Below are positions 40,533-54,849 of a DNA stretch of 64,000 nt, piece after piece (within the stretch, counting starts at the first letter, position 1; every line of letters begins with the position of its first letter). This stretch comes from Octopus sinensis. Taxonomy: Eukaryota. The stretch spans positions 10,788,001-10,852,000 of the forward strand of contig NC_043006.1 of NCBI RefSeq assembly GCF_006345805.1, written 5' to 3'. The translations under genes and the position numbers were made by a program. The notes under the pieces were generated by a model. It did no database searches and had not been told where the DNA came from. It saw only the letters and a list, made by a program, of their open reading frames with translations.

Positions 40533-40590
<58 letters not shown>

Positions 40591-41061
40591 TCGCCATGAT
40601 AGATCGTTAGCCACTACACAGATTTTTTCTCTCCTTGTTTTTTTCTGTGTCCCTTTCTGTAGAAGAGCGTAGGCTCGAAACGTAAAATACTTTTTCTATT
40701 CCTTTCCTGAGCGTTATACTAATACATCTGATTGTTTTGTACACCACCCATCTTCTTCTTCTTCTTCTTTTGCTTTTTCTTCGTAAACTCTCCCTATATA
40801 TATATATATGTATATATACCATTATACATACGGACATATGAGTGTGAGAGTATAGCAAGCTAGCTGTCAAGTAATCTGTCATATAGTATCTTTCTATATA
40901 TCTGTTATATGTCAGTTAATGTTCTTCCATAAAAAAAGAATCCAAAACCTGTTGGAAATTTCAGTTTATGAATTAACAGCGTTTTCAACACTTTATCCTC
41001 TAACGTTCTTTTCCTAGTAATCTCGTGAAAATTTATCGTAAAATATATATATATATATATA

Positions 41062-41737
41062 CAGGGTGGAGCGGCGAAGACGGGCGTTGTTGAAAAATTC
41101 ACAAAATCATCAATCTTAGCTGCATACAAACTTTATTGATATCAATGTGTTCTATTGAATTAGCATTTGTCAAAATCAAGCTTGGAAAACAACATCCATC
41201 AATTGGTGTCTGTTTTCATTGATGTATTTCTGAAGACATTCTTGGTATTTGGCCTCCACTCTCTCCAGTATAGTCCCATGGTCTCAACTGTTGCTCAATG
41301 GCCAATTTGAACGGGTGGAAATGCAGGTCTTCATGCAAAATACGTCTTACCGTTTGATAACCGATGCCAGGTTCAGTGGGATGCATCCGAGCAGAGCGGT
41401 AGGGACTCCGTATCAAAGCTTGTCTGACCTGATCCACATTTTCCAGGGTCCGTATCGTTTGTGACGCCCCCAATCCCATATTCATTAGTGTAGCTCATGT
41501 ACGAAGTGTTGCAGTGGCGCCGAAATTCACGGTGAATTAATGTGACAGACTTGTTATTCTTCACCTAAGCGTGGTAGGCAAACACTTGATGCTTTATCGT
41601 CCACGGTGCCATGGCTTCACCTGAAAAGAAAATAATACTAAGCGCCACGGACCTAATGTTATCTGTCGGACATATGTCCCTCCACTTGGGGCTGGACAAT
41701 AGCCATTTTCCAAACATCCATCCTCTCTGCCCCAACC

Positions 41738-41739
<2 letters not shown>
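41062..41739 (-). mobile_element. Internally deleted Tc1/mariner-superfamily element, copy 2 (from the tandem duplication)
   Basis: Essentially identical to 39847-40524. Confidence 0.85.
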
Positions 41740-41773
<34 letters not shown>

Positions 41774-42017
41774 GAGAGAGAACAAAAACGCAATAGAGGG
41801 CATTAAAGCATTAAAGCGTTCGGACAAATAGACGATACAAAGGCGTACAAGAGAAACAACAATTAGAAGGACAGGCAAAAAAGGCAGGTCATTCTTGGCT
41901 TTCTTTCATTAGTCAAGTCCCAGACGTCACGACCATTTTAGGCAGTTACACTTGAGATGGTTCGATCTACATATATATATATATATATGTGTGTGTGTGT
42001 ATGTGGTGTGTGTGTGT

Positions 42018-42076
<59 letters not shown>

Positions 42077-42679
42077 CAAAGTTGATATTGTAGCAATGAA
42101 TTTGAGCAGCTGTAGACAATTTCACATATGTATTGTATCAATTCTTGTGTAATATTTATATTTAGATATATTGTATCCAGCGAAGAGCCGCAATCAATCA
42201 ATCACAGTTACGCTCAGGCCCTCATCTACATTCAGACACTCACAGATACGCTACAGTCCTCATCCAACAGATGTGACAACTCCTTTTTGTGTCTTTTCTA
42301 TTGCTACTATAATCATATTCGTTTGTTCTTTGCAACTGGTTGATCTCATACGCCATCCACTCTGGCACCCAATCGTCATTCTCTCCACCTCTTGTCCCTC
42401 TTTGTTATAACCAGCCCCATCATCTCATCACTAATCATTATTCTCAGTCCTTTTCCTCAGATCATCAATCGTCTGAAATTTCCTCCCGGTCCACGTCTTT
42501 CTTACGGACTTTGATATATAACAGTATAAACAAAACATTGATAGCACCAGCAAAGGTCATGAGCAAAGGCCAATCTTCCACCCCCTCCCTCCAAAAAAAA
42601 AAATCAAAATACGAAATAGGAAAAAGGTTAACTTTCTTTTGAATGAATTATATGCTAATATTTTTAGCAGAAAGAAACC

Positions 42680-42890
42680 AGCGAACTGTCAGAATCGTTA
42701 GCATGCCAAGTAAAATCTCAGCAGCATTTCGTCCTATTTTACGTTCTGGGTTCGAACTCCACCGAGGTCGACTTTGCCTTTCACCCTTTTGGGGTCGATA
42801 AAATAAGTACCTGTTCAGCGCTGGTGTCGATCTAATCGACTTAACCCCTCCCTTGAACTTGCTGGCCTTGTGCCAATAATTCAAATCAAT
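42680..42890 (+). mobile_element. Old SINE family A copy
   Basis: GCGAACTGTCAGAATCGTTAGC...GGTCGACTTTGCCTTTCACCCTTTTGGGGTCGATAAAATAAGTACC. Confidence 0.8.
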
Positions 42891-43848
42891 ATTTTCAAGA
42901 GAGATATATAAGAAGATAACGTGAGCCATGTTGGGATGTAGAATTAAAAATGAACTACTGTGAATCTATTTCTCGGATATGCTTCAAAATGTTGTTTATA
43001 AAGTATAGTATCATTTTCATTCTAATTTTCCATCCAATTTCTCCAGCACTGTCAGATTTTCCGTCTATATCGATTCTACATCATTTTGTGAATATTATTT
43101 GTTATGACTTTCGTCCTAAAAGATACCAAATCTTCGTAGAAGGTTACTGGTCGACAGAACAATAGAGTCAAAATCTTAGTGAAAAAAATATGTCTAGCAA
43201 ATTTATATTTTTAATTTAATATTTCTGAATTAAAATCACTAAATTAAGAACAGAAAAATGGTTATTAATCAATTTATGTCCTTTTTATTTTATTATATAA
43301 GTCTAGAAATCTATTGATAAAGTTTATTAATCAATAAGTTTTTATTTGGTGAGGTAGGCTGGTAAATTAGTTTCCAGGCTGAAAATTAAATGAGCTTAAT
43401 TATTTCATTGAAGAATTTGACTTGCTGACTGAGCTACCACATTACAAGAACCTTCTGACGTCATCAACTGCCACGTTAGTTCAACACTAATTTGATAATA
43501 AAAAAAGGAAAAAAAATATTGAATTTCCGTTCGTCAATAAAACCAAGTCTCAGAATTTGAAATCACATGAAGTTGTAATAATGTTTATTAAATTTTACTT
43601 TAAATGGTCGTTTTCTGAAGAATATTATTATTTTCTTTCAGTTCACTAACTTCTTTTATTAGTAGTCATGAGTTTTTTAAAGATTTATTCCACCGCCAAA
43701 GCAAAACAGAAAACAGTCCTTTGAAGATTTTGTAATATAAATATCGACGAGAATCAATGTAGAGGAAAAAATTGATTCACTGAATCATATATGTATGTAT
43801 GCTTGTATCAATTTAGTGTTTGTTCGTGTGTGCATCTGTATATGGACG

Positions 43849-43881
<33 letters not shown>

Positions 43882-45197
43882 ATGTGTGTCTGTGTTTGCA
43901 TGTATGTATATGCATAAAATCGCGTAAATATATGTACGTGTGCGCGTGTACATGTACATACATACATACGTACATAATACGTGTATGTTGGTTTCTATGT
44001 TTTTGTGTGTATGTATGTACGTATGTTTACGATTCTTTTTCACTATTTTTTCAATGCTTTGAATTAATTCAACACTCACTTCCTGCCCTCTACAAATACC
44101 TTGAGATAGAAAATTTTTTTTCTCGTTTTTACTAATTGCATAATTTCATTTCACTATTGAACATATTTTCTTATATATTTCATTATATATACCTTGCCAC
44201 TTACTCAGAAGCAGATTATAGAAAACAAACTAAATTTTCTAGAAATCCAATTACGAATAAAATTGTCGTTAGGAAAAAAAAAATTTTAATACAATACACC
44301 CACCCCTCACCGCCAACAAAAAAAAACATTTAAAAAACAACTAAATTTTCTCAACAAATTTGGATTTTGCATGGTTATTTTGTTCAGTTAATGTTAAAAT
44401 ATAGTATAATTAAATTTTAAATTATTATATGAACTGATATATTTAATGGAAACTCATTCTATCTTGTTGCTGTGATGAAGTGGAGGGATTATGGAGTGAC
44501 AGGCGCTTTAATGTCAGAATAAATTAGTCGCCATAGTTTGTTACAACTTTTAAGAGTTTTAGTTGATAGGTTCCTAGTCGCGTGACTTCTTTCTTTGTAC
44601 CAGGATCAACAGAAATTGGCAGTAAATTTGGGTGATAACCAGAAATTAGTTACCAGCATGGTTAAAAGAGATAAATCTGAAAGTATTTGTTAGAAACTTG
44701 CTGAATTACAGAAGTACATCACCTTCCATAGAAAAGCGTTGTGCGTTTGCATTCTACAAGGAACACTTATGTAGACAACTTAAAATTGATAAATGTATAT
44801 TGACAATAGAATAGAGTTAATTCAATAGCCTATATGCATTCCCTGAAAAGCAAATTTGTGTTCCAGTTCAAAAATCTATATTTGAATGATTTATTAAGAA
44901 TCTTTAGAAGATAATTTGATGTGGATGTCTCATGGTTTCGATATCAATATCATTCAATTTTAGTAATATGATTATTGGGAAACGTACGCTGATTCCAAAA
45001 TGTTATTCCCAAATTTATGTTCCTTTACGTTTGTGTGTTTGTGTTCAATTAGAAAATTTTATGAAAGATGAACGGTGCAACGATTGAGGAATGTCTAAAT
45101 CAAGACTGCGTTGCCGTGTGATGATAACTTTTAAAGTGTAAGTCTAGTGCTCAACACATTTTGAAAAGCCAAGCAATCAAAAACAGTTTATGAACGA

Positions 45198-45579
45198 CTA
45201 GCAGTATCGCCCGGCGTTGCTCGGGTTTGTAAGGGAAATAACTAAAATAAGCACTTTTAGAGATGTAAAGTATAATAGCCATCTCAATATGGCTAACCAC
45301 AAAGCGTGGTGGTGTTACTGTAGCTTTTTACGTTCTGAGATTTAATAATAAATTTTTAAAGAATTTCTTCCCTTATATACGCCAAAAATGCATTAAAAAA
45401 GGGAAATATTGATGGTAATTTTTTTTAAATCGTAGACTCATCGTAGACGAAGGGCTCGATATGAATCACGACTATAAGATACCCGGTTTTGGTTAAACTG
45501 CACCGCAAAATGTGGGAGTAGTTAGGAATCTAAATCGTAGGAGACAGACAGCACACAACCTCACTTTTATATATAAAGA
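45198..45579 (-). mobile_element. Non-autonomous Helitron
   Basis: Minus strand A|TCTTTATATAT...CCCGAGCAACGCCGGGCGATACTGCTAG|T: 5' TC, subterminal hairpin, 3' CTAG, AT target. Confidence 0.88.
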
Positions 45580-47060
45580 TATAGAATTCTGTAACATGAA
45601 ATAGGTAGAGGATTGTTTTAATCAAGGCTGCATTTTCACGTGGTGATACATTTTAGAGTGACAAAACGTCGTAGAAACCTTGTAAAAGTCGAATTGTTCA
45701 GCATACCAAAAGTAGTATTTGCGGAGATAAAATGAAGTGCAAAAGTTTAAGTGATGATGGAATCTTTGCAAAAGGTCATACCATCAGTCCAAGATTCATC
45801 GCCACCAGTGTTTTAGGATAACAGATTACTTCAGATCAAATTTCGAGATATTGTCTTATGAGAAAGAGAATCTGTAACTATTATCTCTCTACCAGAAATA
45901 TTAAATGTCGAAACAGAATGAAGTGACAAAGTTCGAAATTCCTTTGTAAAACGTTCCTGCTATTGGACAAACTCACCCACTGCACCACACGAAACTCCGA
46001 GTCGTTCACAATTTGTTTACAATAACCCAGTATTATTATATTATGGGGGAGTATTTCAAAACATTCCCAAGTGTATTATTTGTACGCATTATATCGAGTA
46101 TATTCAGGATTCATTTTCTTGAGACTTTAACGATTTCCATACAGCGCATTCTCCAACAATAACTAATGAAACATTTATACATATTATGGAGGTATGGCCT
46201 GTAGGTAACGTTCTGTATCGTGAATGCATTCCTGTTAGTACGTGAGAGTAAGTGCATGTGTGTTTTTGTGAAGTAAAAATGACGATTACTGCTCCTAACC
46301 ATCTCTAAGCTTTCCTAATGAGATTGTTTAAAAATGTGTTGATGACTAATATCTTAACTACTATATTAACTCATGGTATAATCGAATCTTCGTTCTGTTT
46401 AAATGAAACAAGATTAATTAACCAACTTGTCAACAAACTAAGTTTTTAAAATCCATTATGAGACAACTTGAAAGGGTTAGTGATGTCAAATATTGCAAAT
46501 ATTCTTTAGGTATTAGCTTGCAATTTAACGTAAATTACACACCGAGTAGTGCTGAATAGCGCCCTCAGTCGCTTTTTTGACGTATACATACATACATACA
46601 TACGTACATACACACATACATACACACATACATACATACATACATACATACATACATACATACATACATACATACATACATACATACATACATACATACA
46701 TACGTGCATATATATTCACACATATAATATTGTATAGAATTTGTGCATAAAATTATTAGAAAGAGATTTCAGTTGGAATGAAGTTAAATAGGTTTTATTC
46801 TGCGATTATTTTTTTCTTTCTAACCAGCCATCATGCAAAGTTTCTCCTTCATAAATGTAATGGATAACGCAGAAAAGAGGGAAATAGACGGATTGACTGA
46901 TAAATCTAAAGCAGGAATAAAACAGTTTCTTTTAGCTTTCAGTTCCTTGGTCCGTATAAGTCTTCTCAGATGCGACGAAGTTGTAACCTTTCATCAAAGT
47001 AATACCTGTGATGCTGTAAAACTGAGGGCGTCGTAAACCTGAATTCTGGTACACAGGTAT

Positions 47061-47392
47061 GGCGCATGGCTCAGTGGTTAGAGCGTCGAGATTGCGATCG
47101 TGAGGTTGTGAGTTCGAATCCCGGCCCGGGCTGCGTGTTGTGTTCTTGAGCAAGACACTTTATTTCACGTTGCTCCAGTTCACTCAGCTGTAGAAATGAG
47201 TTGCGATGTCACAAGTGCCAAGCTGTATCGGCCCCTTTGCCTTTCCCTTGGATAATATTGGTGGCGTGGAGAGGGGAGGTCGGTATGCATGGGTGACTGC
47301 TGGTCTTCCATAAACAATCTTGCCCGGACTTGTGCCGGGGAGGGTAAATTTCTAGGTGCAATCCCACGGTCAGTCATGACCGAAGGGGGTCT
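47061..47392 (+). mobile_element. Full-length tRNA-derived SINE family C (CORE-like body)
   Basis: A box TGGCTCAGTGG, B box GTTCGAATCCC; GTGTTCTTGAGCAAGACACTT..CAGTTCACTCAGCTGTAGAAATGAG resembles the CORE domain. Confidence 0.85.
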
Positions 47393-50300
47393 CAATAAGT
47401 TACATACGTACCTACTTTCTGAAGACAGATGATCTCTCCCAAATTGATTTCACCCGGATACACTACGGTGTCCCAATCTATTCAATGTTTTCCCTTTGAT
47501 ACAATGGATCATGGGAAATCACGCGCCTGTATGTCGATGCGTCTCCCTGTATATTATTCATCTTATTATTGTAACAAGTTTCAAACCTCAGTGACCACTC
47601 ACTGATTTTATTGCTATATCGTCCTTAATGCAAATATTCTTCATCAAAACTAATTCAATGTGATTTGGCTTATTTCATTCCACCACGTCTAAGCCTTTCG
47701 TTTTTACCACAAGAATTCCATCACGTTTCTCGTGATTGTATCGTAGATTCCGTCAGCTTTGCTTCTTTTTTCTTCATTTTTTATTTTCCTTGATTGTTTT
47801 TTTTTTTTGGCTTTTGTTTAGTTGTTTGTTAAAAACCTACGACTGGCATTCTGAATATTTTCTTCCATGTGTGTAACAAACCGTAAATATCTACATCTAA
47901 TCAATTGTATTCCTCGCCAACAATCATAGTATCTATTGTTCCTGGATTTGGACAATATCCAATATGATAGATTTTTGTTTTTTTGATGAAATAATGAAAT
48001 TTTAACCACAATATCAAACTTTTCTTTCCAGAATAAATTAAGCTAACCTTATTACCGCGGCACTGATGATCGTAAAGTAACCATAAATTATATAACAATT
48101 CCAGAGAGGCGATACGTTGCCCATTATAGGTGGAAAAAGTTCAGTTATAATGCCAATTTGATGAGATAATGATTTCTTTTGATTAAGTATACACAAGCTT
48201 AATTTTTGTAAAGGGAGAGGTGAATCGCCTGAATCAAAAACAATATTTATTTTATCGATTTTGTACGGAAAAGGAAAGAATAAAATCGCTCCCACTGGAA
48301 TTTGCAATATCGATGTAGGAGGATGAGTTTGAATATTGCCAACAATAACTAAAACTCTCCACCCTACTCTCCACGATCTCATCTGAGCCAATTAGCCAAG
48401 GACGAGTTTTTGTAGTTGTTTGGCATGCTAGAAATAGTTGCTAAATGTCACTCTCCTTAAATACCTTTAAAACTGAAGATTATATTAGATAATCATATCT
48501 CCATCTAAACTTTAAAATAGCAGGATGGAAATGTCTGGAATACTTGATTATATTAAGCTGCTGATGTTACGGGATTCGATTCATGACCATAAGGACACGA
48601 GTTCAAATACGAGAACTGTCGGTGAGTTATGTCCTTGAGAATGACACTTTATTTCTTGTTACACTACTCTAGTCAGTTGTAATGAGTACTAGCTACAAAC
48701 AGGTGTAGCTCTCTCCCTTTCTCTCTGTATCGCGCTCTCTACCTCTCTCCTGCTCTTGCCCTTTCCCCCTCTCTCTCTTTCTTTCTCTCTTTCCATCTAG
48801 GCTGGCATATCCTGGATGTTCTGCTGCGTCAAACTGAAAGACACCGAAATGATGCCTTTGTCTGTTGGTAACTACATAGGCACGTAAAATAATTTGTGGA
48901 AGATTGACGCTCGCTTCGAAACTATAAACACTCGTGATAGAAAACCTGCTCATATTTGACATGGGGCTAATAAACTCAAGTAACACAACACACATTTAAG
49001 GGAAAATATCATTCGTAATTTAACAATCTGTAACATAAACTTTAGTGTGATTTCTGCTGTCTCCAGAATACACATTATATCTGAAATATATTCCGTATTC
49101 ATGAAGTGTAATATATCAATATGCATCAGAATTTCCTTCGTCTTATGGTTCTTTATTGAATTTTATGAAGAGGAAACTAAGAATGGACATATTGGATAAT
49201 ATATTACTGATATAGTAAAACTGAATACAAAGTGGTGGTCAGTTCTGGAATGACTTTTCCTCGTAAAACTGCTCGGTGAGTTCTGGCTTGGGTTAATCAA
49301 CAACTCAAATAGCCAATGAGTTTCAGTATAATTACTTTTAAAACATAATTTATTAATGTATAATCTAAGGTACAGATTAATATATTTAATATATCGAGGC
49401 TATAAAGGCTGGATTATGCTTGCATCGGTTCACTTTTTTTCATTATTATTAGTTGTTGCAAAGCTGGGTAGTTGCAGAGTGGCTAATGGAATTGAAAAAC
49501 GTATATAATTGACCAATATTCTATCCATGTCCAATAATATAACATGAAAAATTAACAGGCCGAGAATTTGAACTTCAAGTGCTGAATGGTAGATCTTAAA
49601 GACTTAAACATATAAAATCCGACTCTAATGTTCCTTCTAATTTACCGTTCTTATAAGCTTCTAGATTAAATCCTCCAAAACTTAGTCTCTACAAAGGATC
49701 AACCAAAATCGATGCCCTTTAATTTCGATCATGCTACAGAAATCGCGCTTTCTTGTACTTGAGAATAATATGTATGGAAAAGAAGTCCCAAGATTCTATT
49801 AAATTAAACCTTGTAATCTACAAAACTGCGATCGACGCAATAGCTTTCAACTGGTTGACATCCAGGATCAAGCATTTATGCCACAGGAGAATAAAAGAAT
49901 AAATTCTTTAATATATTTCTTGGTGTTGAAGTAATTTAGCATAAAGTGCTATGGATTTTCTTTGAGAGGAATTACAAGACTGGTTCGTCATAGTTATAAT
50001 AAAAATAATCACGAGATTCTGACAACTGCAGTTCCAGAATTGATCTGAAGTATGTGTATTAAAACTTGGTACGTTGCATGGAAAAGTCTTGGCATCGTAT
50101 TCATGTCAGGATTTCTATTAATTGTCAGAAGAGAACACTGTTGAATTAAGAGCTGAGGGGATCACTCATTGTTCACTTAAATTATATATTCTGGAACAAC
50201 ACTCAACCGGAAATAGCTAATAAAAAATATTTGCAAGTATATATGCCTGCGCGTTTGTATGTGTATATGTGTATGTGTGTACATATTTATAAGTTGTATA

Positions 50301-50363
<63 letters not shown>

Positions 50364-50380
50364 CATATATATTTACACGT

Positions 50381-50697
50381 GCAGGCGTTGCTGTGTGAAA
50401 GAGGCATGCTTTCCAGTCACATAGTTCCGTGATCAATCCTACTGCTCGGCACTTTGGGCAATTATCCGCTACTATAACCTTGGGCCAACCGAAGTCCTCT
50501 GAGTGGATTTGGGAGACGGAAACTAAATAAAACCCGTCGTATATTTGTGCATATATGCGTATATGTATATACATACATATACATAAATGAGTAAATGAGT
50601 AAATGAGTAATATATATATATGTATATATATTTGTGTGTGTGTGTGTCTTTATGTCTGTATTTGTCACCCGTCAGCTCTTGTTTATGTCCCCGTAAA
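50381..50697 (+). mobile_element. Old SINE family B copy
   Basis: GCAGGCGTTGCTGTGTG..CACTTTGGGCAA..GAGTGGATTTGGGAGACGGAAACTAAA..CCCGTCGTATA. Confidence 0.7.
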
Positions 50698-51280
50698 TTG
50701 AACTCGCTACTCCATTACGAGAAAGCCTGGTAATTAGTGATATTCGTTCTGCGATACTATCAATTATAAACGTATTTAATATACATTTTAAATAGATGCT
50801 TTCTCGGGACAAATATCAGAAATGTTTTACATTTTCAACAATGCATCTGCTTTGGTATGATACAGATTTGTATCTTGAACTAATACTGATTCTATCGCTC
50901 ATAGCAAAAAGTATGTTTGAGTCCGTGTGTACGTATGTGTGTATGTGTGTGTGTCTGTGTGTCTGTGTGACCGCGCACGCGTATTGATGTATGAGTATTT
51001 GCGTTCGTTATTGTGTGTCTTGGGGTGTATGATTTCATGTTCTTATGAATTAAATTGGATGAGTCATAAACAGATTAACATCGCTAAATGAAGGTGAATC
51101 AGTGTCTCCGTCTTGCTAAGCTAGAAGCCAGAAATCTCTGCCAAACCTCTCAGCATATAATTTTATGTCCGCAACATAATAGATGAATATGTTTAATCGG
51201 AGAAGCACATAAGCCATAGCCTTACAATAGTAACGCAACATCGCCACGTCGCCATAAAGTATTGATTTTCATATATAGAC

Positions 51281-51324
<44 letters not shown>

Positions 51325-52404
51325 ATATATATATATATATTTGAATATAGACATATATATGTATACATACATATATATATTCATGCGTGTATGCTAAATG
51401 TAATTTGAATGATATATATATATATATATATATAGATAGATAGATCAATTGATTGATAGATATACATATATATACATATATATATGCATATATCTATATA
51501 TATATATACAAATATACATACATATATACATGTATATATATATATATGTATATATATACATATATATACAAATATACATGCATATATGTATATATATATA
51601 TATATGTATGTATGTATGTGTGTATGTATGTACGTATGTATGTATGTATGTATTGAATTCAATTTATTTGATATCTACAAGTGACAATGTTAAAACTAAA
51701 ATGAATGACAGAAAAATAAATTTAACGCATTCTAGCTGAATTAGTGGAAGTTGTTTACATAAAATATGAATACATACATATACATATTTATACCCGTGTG
51801 TATAAACATATGTATTCACCTGTTATGTAAACATCTTCCTGTAATTCTGCTATAGTACAGTATTTGTTTCTTTGTTCTCTCTTATTTATTTCAGTTTTAA
51901 CATCCTCACTTTTAAATGATATCAATTAAATTGAATTCAATAATTTTTATTGTATTCAAACTAAAGCGAACTGAAGATAATTGATCAAGTTTCAATAACA
52001 ACAATGCATAATGGTCACTCGATTATAAAAATAGAAAGGATATAGACGTGAGTACAATAAAACCGTATAGATATGGGAGTAAATATGTTCATAAAATAAT
52101 AATTACAGCTATAACAACTAAATTGAAATAAAGCCATACGTTCATAGATTGTCTTATCAATAACAGAAGGAGAAACTGATCAACTGGTATTAATGTTATG
52201 TTGTAAACACTCCCTCGTCTGTTATTAATTATTGTTTTATTATTGGCCAAGGTGGAAGGTTACAAGAAATATGTTTGTGTCTGTATATATGTGTTTATAT
52301 GTGTGACATGTTGTGTGAACTGCTGGGAAATATTTCTGGCTGTATTGACGTGTCTCATGTGTTCCTGGAGTTGTATTAGCCAATGCGGAAGGTTATATCC
52401 ATTA

Positions 52405-52787
52405 CTAGCAGTATCGCCCGGCGTTGCTCAGCTTTGTAAGGGAAATAACTATAAAGCATTTTAGAGAGTTATAGCCAAAAAATAGCAAAAAAAATGGAAA
52501 AAAATGATGGTAAATTTTTTTTTTAGTTAAAAATGGTGGAGTTACGTCCCCTAGACAGTTTGTGATTTGTGTTTCTGATTCTCGACCCCATGTCGAATTT
52601 ATCGATTTTTTTCAGAACTGGGGGAACTTTTCAAAATTTTCGCTGCGTTAGTTTTGAATTATGACATTGGGCTATGTGTGTGTCAAGTTTCATCAGAATC
52701 AGTTGAAAGCCGTGGTCAGGGTGAGGGTACAAGCAAACAGACACACAGAAACACGCACAGACAAACTGCCGTTTATATATAGAGAGA
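52405..52787 (-). mobile_element. Non-autonomous Helitron (same 3' end as 45198, different 5' module)
   Basis: A|TCTCTCTATATATAAAC start on the minus strand; ...GCAACGCCGGGCGATACTGCTAG|T end. Confidence 0.85.
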
Positions 52788-52805
52788 TGTTTGTGCCTGT
52801 ATATA

Positions 52806-53200
52806 TCTCTTTCTCTTTTACTTGTTTCAGTCATTTGACTGCGGCCATGCTGGAGCACCGCCTTTAATCGAGTAACTCGACCCCAGGACTTATTCTTTTG
52901 TAAGCCCAGTACTTATTCTATCGGTCTCTTTTGCCGAACCGCTAAGTGACGGGGACATAAACACACCAGCATCGGTTGTCAAGCAATGCTAGGGGACAAA
53001 CACAAACACACACACGCATACACATATATATATACATATATACGACGGGCTTCTTTCAGTTTCCGTCTACCAAATCCACTCACAAGGCTTTGGTCGGCCC
53101 GACGCTATAGTAGAAGACACTTACCCAAGGTGCCACGCAGTGGGACTGAACCCAGAACCATGCGGTTGGTAGACAAGCTACTTACCACACAGCCACTCCT
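52806..53200 (-). mobile_element. Full-length young SINE family B
   Basis: Minus strand AGGAGTGGCTGTGTGGTAAGTAGCTTG..GGGTTCAGTCCCACTGCGTGGCACC...GACTGAAACAAGTAAAAGAG. Confidence 0.92.
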
Positions 53201-53516
53201 GTATGTATATAATATGTGTGATATTTTGAGTGAACTGCTGGGAAATATTTCTGGTCGTTCTTGTGGTACTTGTTACTTCATTTGCTGTAGTTGTAATTCC
53301 TGCCCCATCTATTTCTCATGTTATTATTTTCTCTGCTGGTATTGAGTTCGCTCTAACTTCTGATTATCTATTGTCACTTGATGTTGGTCTCTTTGTTTCC
53401 GGTCTTAGGACTTCTGTTCATGTCATGAATACTATTTCCATTACTGGTCTGTTGTTGTTGCTGCCGTGTTTATTTTTTTGTTTGTGGAGCGAAGTGGTCT
53501 TCGTCCCAGAGCTCGC

Positions 53517-53869
53517 AAGATCGCGCCTCTGTAGTGGGAGAAGTCCGAAACGTGGTCCTTTGCTATTCGTAAGAGCCACAGAAGAGAAAGCAGGTCAACC
53601 CCCGACACCGAGAGCATCGAGTGATGGATGAATGCGCATCCAGGCTCAGCGGTTGCGTAGGAAGTCGGAGACAAGAAACAGGAAGAAAGAGTGAGTGAAG
53701 GTTGGAGCGAAAGTGTACAACAGGGGTCGCCACCACCCCCTGCCGCAGGCTCGTGGAGCTTTAGGCGTTTTCGCTCAATAAACACACACAATGCCCGGTC
53801 TGGGAATCGAAGCTGCGATCCTCCGACCGCGAGTCCGCTGCCCTAACCACTGGGCCATTGCGCCTCCAC
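53517..53869 (-). mobile_element. tRNA-derived SINE family D, tail type 2
   Basis: Head GGAGGCGCAATGGCCCAGTGGTTAGGGCAGCGGACTCGCGG..TTCGATTCCCAGACCGGG as at 38306; unrelated 3' part. Confidence 0.85.
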
Positions 53870-54613
53870 TGTCGTTGCTGCCGTGTTTGTTGCACTGGCA
53901 GCAGTGACGCCGACAGTAGTGGCACCAGCAGCACTGGCACCGGGAACGGAGGCGCCACCCCTTCTATACCTTTTAGCTTCCAGCACAAAGACCCAAAATG
54001 AATTGCAGTATCACACATGTAGAAACAGGCGTTTTCACCTTTCCCAATCCCTATCATCTGAGTCTACTCGATATCGATGGTTGCTTAGGGCCTCTTCCGA
54101 TCCATTGAACCGAGTTATTCAAACATATCGCTAACTAGATTTAAGGTGTTTGTGTATTTCTTGAACAGTAGCTTTGTTTTCTTCATCGGCTGAGACACCC
54201 ATCACAAAACACGATATTTGTTTCTGGCAACACATTCACATACATCATCGGCGACACTCAGTAATCCTTATATGATGCGATGAGGATGAAATCTCGTCCT
54301 TAAGCGGAACACTGTAATCAGTCTCACTTTACTCTGTAAGTGAAATCCTGCATCCATCATTCCAAAAATCTATCGCGAATCACGAAAGTTTTCTTTTTTT
54401 CTATTTAAGACAACATTGGTATACATTAGCCACACAGCTATCGTTATGGAAATTGAAGGAATAAAATTCTGGCAGTACATTTCGAAACTGTTAATGTTCC
54501 TGTTTTTTTTTCCCCTTTCTACATAAGCATAAGGCCTGACATTTTTTTTGGAAGGGTGGTAAGTTGATTACAATAACGCCAGTGCTCAACTGGTTATTAT
54601 TTTATTGACTCCA

Positions 54614-54849
54614 TAAGGCGGCGAGCTGGCAGAAACGTTAGCACGCAAGGGCGAAATGCTTAGCGGTATTTCGTCTGCCGCTACATTCTGAGTTCAAATT
54701 CCTCTATGGTCGACTTTGCCTTTCATCCTTTCGGGGTCGCTAAATAAAGTACCAGTTACACACTGGGGTCGATGTCATCGACTTAATCCGTTTGTCTGTC
54801 CTTGTTTGTCTCCTCTGTGTTTAGCCCCTTGTGGGCAATAAAGAAATAG
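54614..54849 (+). mobile_element. Young SINE family A nested in an older antisense family A copy (54520-54980)
   Basis: TSD TTATTTTATTGACTCCA on both sides. Confidence 0.88.

Larger units (their letters stand above)
39325..41765. repeat. Recent tandem duplication, unit ~1.2 kb, breakpoints in (TA)n
   Basis: Identical ORFs at 40001 and 41216 (offset 1215); only a few substitutions and microsatellite-length differences between units. Confidence 0.95.

Noticed and set aside
47061-47132. tRNA gene
   Set aside because: A/B boxes continue into a SINE body found in another copy; no clean cloverleaf or terminator.
48038-48391. 117-aa ORF in unique sequence
   Set aside because: No recognisable domain; length is compatible with chance.
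48424-48440. GCTAGAAATAG, resembling the engineered Cas9 sgRNA scaffold
   Set aside because: An 11-nt coincidence; similar motifs occur in local repeat families (3225, 3630, 26797) and there is no CRISPR context.
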